The position numbers were made by a program, and so were the translations under genes. This document shows positions 61,651 to 64,000 of a stretch of 64,000 nucleotides of DNA, one piece after another. Positions within the stretch are counted from its first letter, which is position 1, and every line of letters starts with the position of its first letter. This DNA is from Naegleria gruberi (Eukaryota). The notes below the pieces were generated by a model that was not told the DNA's origin, made no database searches, and was given only the letters and a program-made list of their open reading frames with translations. The DNA lies in assembly GCA_000004985.1 (NCBI GenBank), contig GG738900.1. The stretch is one strand, 5' to 3'.

Positions 61651-63320
61651 TTACTGTATTCCAGCAAGTTGTTTCAATGTAGCATCATTGATTCCCTCCT
61701 TTCGAATATCTTCTCTGCATTTCATATCGGTGGCTGATAAGTTCCATAAGGATTTGGCTGCGAATGAGCTCACTTGCTTATCCTTTCCATTGGCAAATCG
61801 AATTAGTTGTGGAACAATTGCATGAGAGAGGAGAATCTTTTGATTTTCTGCATTCTTGGTCATGTTAAATAAGGCAGCATTATACGATTCCAAATTTGGT
61901 TGTGGAATTGGACATGGAGATTTGGAAAACCATTCAGCAATGAGTTTTACAAAACCACTCTCTCTAAATGCCTCAATATTTTCTCTCATATTGGTCAATT
62001 TGACCAACAAACTTGTGGCCATATTGAAACAAGATGGTTTTTGAGAGGCAATGCTAATTTCATCTCTCAAAAAATTGGTCAAAATAATTAAACCTCCCTT
62101 AGATTGTGAAAATTCGAGGCACATTTCTGGACTAGCATAGCATAGGGAAACTACTGAGGAGAGGACATGTTCGAGAGCTGTCTTGTTTTTTGAAGAGAAC
62201 TTTTTGAAGGCCGACACCAAATTGGACATGATGAATGTGTGTTCGTGGAGTTGAGCGGAAATTTCTGGATTTTGGACAATGTTTCCAACTGCTCCTGCAG
62301 CACTTTGAGCAATTGAATCAACTGCATGAGTGAGGAAATTGCTTACCACTTTCAATGCCCTAACAAGTTGAATTTCAGAACATTGTCCCTTCTTTTCACA
62401 TACAAATGAGAGTGACATTAGACAGTTAGCAAGTCATTCATTATTTTCACTGTTTGGATTCTCTAAAACGGAAACCATCTTTTCCACAAATCCTTCCTTT
62501 ACCAATAATTTCTGAATGGAACCACTCTCATCATCACTGACAATTAAATTGTAAACACAAAAGACAGTTTTCGATCTGATTTGTTCCAATTGTGTTAAAT
62601 CTATTTGTTTCACTAAAATCCTGAGAAGTGATTGATCATTGGCTGAGTTTTGTAATTTCTGAGCCATGTATTTTCCAGTGGTTGCACTTGTAGAGCTAGT
62701 TGTGGTGGAATTTGAACTTGCTTTTACAATTTTTGTAATAAATGTTGGTTCCAAACTCAGGAATGAAATCAGTGATAACACATTTCGTTTCATTTCTTCT
62801 GTAAATTTGGCATCTTTCAATATTTCTGAAAAAACTTTGATTGAATTTTCCTGATTGACCATTTCTTTTCGTATTGAGGCATCATTATCCTCACATAAAT
62901 TAACCAATGCACCAATTCCATACTCTATAATCGCCAACTCACTTGAATGATTCTCCAAAACCTTGAAAATCATTGAAATTCCACTCTTAATTTCATTTCT
63001 ACATTTATCCAACGTTGCCAAATTCAGTAAAATTCCCAAAACATTCTTTACAATTCTCTTATCATTCTGTTGATCATTTAATAATGAAATTATTATCGGA
63101 ATCCCTCCCAATCTATGAATTTCAAACAAATTGGCATCTTCACTTGTCATGTTAAAAACATCTCCAATGGCGGACAATTTAACTAACGAATTTCCTGTTT
63201 TGATCTTGTTCAATAATTGACCTAAATCTTGTGGTTGGGAAGGAGTAGCTTGTGCTGTGAAAAGTTGGTGTTGTGATCTAATAAAACCGCACAGAAAAAG
63301 TACCTACTCATGTTTGACAT
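61651..63320 (-). CDS. Armadillo/HEAT-repeat protein. Structure is complement(join(61651..62418, [in-frame TGA at 62434-62436], 62437..63254, 63308..63320)). A tiny first exon (MSNM) is spliced via a 53-nt GTAGGT…CAG intron.
   Basis: Two long same-frame ORFs (259 aa + 255 aa) are separated by a single TGA. Repeat-helical ARM-like sequence runs throughout. The in-frame region upstream of 63213 has no ATG; the donor at 63307 and acceptor at 63255 restore a start. Confidence 0.55.
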
Positions 63321-63498
63321 TTTTTTTTAATATTTATTTTGAATAGTGACATGACAACCATTACAAATCATCACATTATTGACTTCCTTTTAGAGACATT
63401 ATGCAGTAGTATTTACAGTTTTTCACCTTCACAATTCTTCATCATTTTCAACTTCCTTACAAAATTTTAAATATTGAATTTAATCTTTACAAAAAAAA

Positions 63499-64000
63499 AT
63501 GTCTCAACATCAAGATGATGAATTTACAGAACAAGATACCGTTCCGGATTGCTCTTTAGAATCCCTCTCCATTGTCTTTAATTATGATCAATTAATAAAA
63601 GATCGGAGTAAGATGCACAAAATAACCAGAAAATCAAACTCTAAATTTAATAATAATAATAATCGTGATGATCATGATGATCGTGATGATAACAATTCGA
63701 GTAATGGAGAGAATCATTCTGATGAAACGTACTATGTTGGTGCTTCCAATAATTTTGTTCGTGTTTTTACGTTGAATGGAAGAAAATACTGGATAGCCCA
63801 AGCCTTGTGTTATCATAGAGCACCCGATATGAAGATTCACTTCTCTGTAAAGAGGAAGGATGTCCCGAAGGCTTTTAATGTGATTGGAAAGTACTTTTTC
63901 GAGAGTGGTATGAAATTTGGAATGAAATCTATAATGATTGATGAAGAGACTGAGGTGAAGAGCAAGAATTCTGGAAAGTTGGATTTGAATTGGAATACGG
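63499..64000 (+). CDS. 5' part of an unidentified protein-coding gene (runs off the window end)
   Basis: ATG at 63499. It encodes MSQHQDDEFTEQDTVPDCSLESLSIVFNYDQLIKDRSKMHKITRKS…RDDHDDRDDNN…WIAQALCYHRAPDMKIHF…. It is open to the window end and divergent from the ARM gene (178 bp apart). Confidence 0.45.
   Translation, partial: MSQHQDDEFTEQDTVPDCSLESLSIVFNYDQLIKDRSKMHKITRKSNSKFNNNNNRDDHDDRDDNNSSNGENHSDETYYVGASNNFVRVFTLNGRKYWIAQALCYHRAPDMKIHFSVKRKDVPKAFNVIGKYFFESGMKFGMKSIMIDEETEVKSKNSGKLDLNWNT

Noticed and set aside
62434-62436. TGA in the ARM-repeat gene as a selenocysteine codon
   Set aside because: There is no SECIS-like structure in the short 3' region, and the protein family is not a selenoprotein family. 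A sequencing error or a nonsense mutation is more parsimonious.
1-64000. Reading the locus as a prokaryotic operon or defence island
   Set aside because: The genes have spliceosomal introns with GT-AG boundaries and eukaryote-only families (SSRP1, Tudor-SN, PAN3, SF1, F-box, serpin). A 5S rRNA and tRNA with Pol III T-run terminators are also present. No phage, CRISPR or toxin-antitoxin signatures were seen.

Overview
This 64-kb window is AT-rich eukaryotic nuclear DNA with a compact gene layout of about one gene per 2-2.5 kb. Introns are short (40-110 nt) with GTAAGT/GTATGT/GTAGGT donors, there are poly-N/Q/S tracts, and the 5S rRNA strongly resembles that of Dictyostelium. The organism is most likely an amoebozoan close to the dictyostelid social amoebae; this is not prokaryotic and there are no operons or CRISPR arrays. 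The first ~11.8 kb (minus strand) is a single giant secreted protein made of tenascin-type EGF-like repeats. It has a signal peptide at 11789 and runs off the left edge of the window. It is interrupted by a 4,945-nt assembly gap (N run at 4291-9235). It contains a near-identical 3 x 249-bp tandem repeat and two diverged copies of a ~230-aa non-EGF module. The rest is ordinary cellular gene content: a cytochrome P450 convergent with a flavin monooxygenase, Tudor-SN (SND1), SSRP1/FACT, an EF-hand protein, a coiled-coil membrane protein, a nodulin-like MFS transporter, a receptor-like protein with a degenerate nucleotide-cyclase domain, a BIG/GBF-type Sec7 ARF-GEF, three consecutive F-box genes, a dispersed 5S rRNA gene next to tRNA-Val(AAC), and a PX-domain protein. 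Further along are a Gly-rich type I membrane protein, a CRT-like transporter, an SF1-like KH protein, a DUF4116 pseudogene fragment, a PB1/UBA protein, PAN3, an ABCG half-transporter, a serpin, an RCC1-repeat protein, a secreted PTP-like phosphatase, an OTU protease and an ARM-repeat gene with an internal in-frame stop. Exon boundaries were worked out by hand and may be off by 1-2 nt; coordinates taken from the ORF track are exact. The six-frame ORF track allows TTG/GTG starts and misses the true frame of the EGF-repeat gene because that frame has no stop inside the window.
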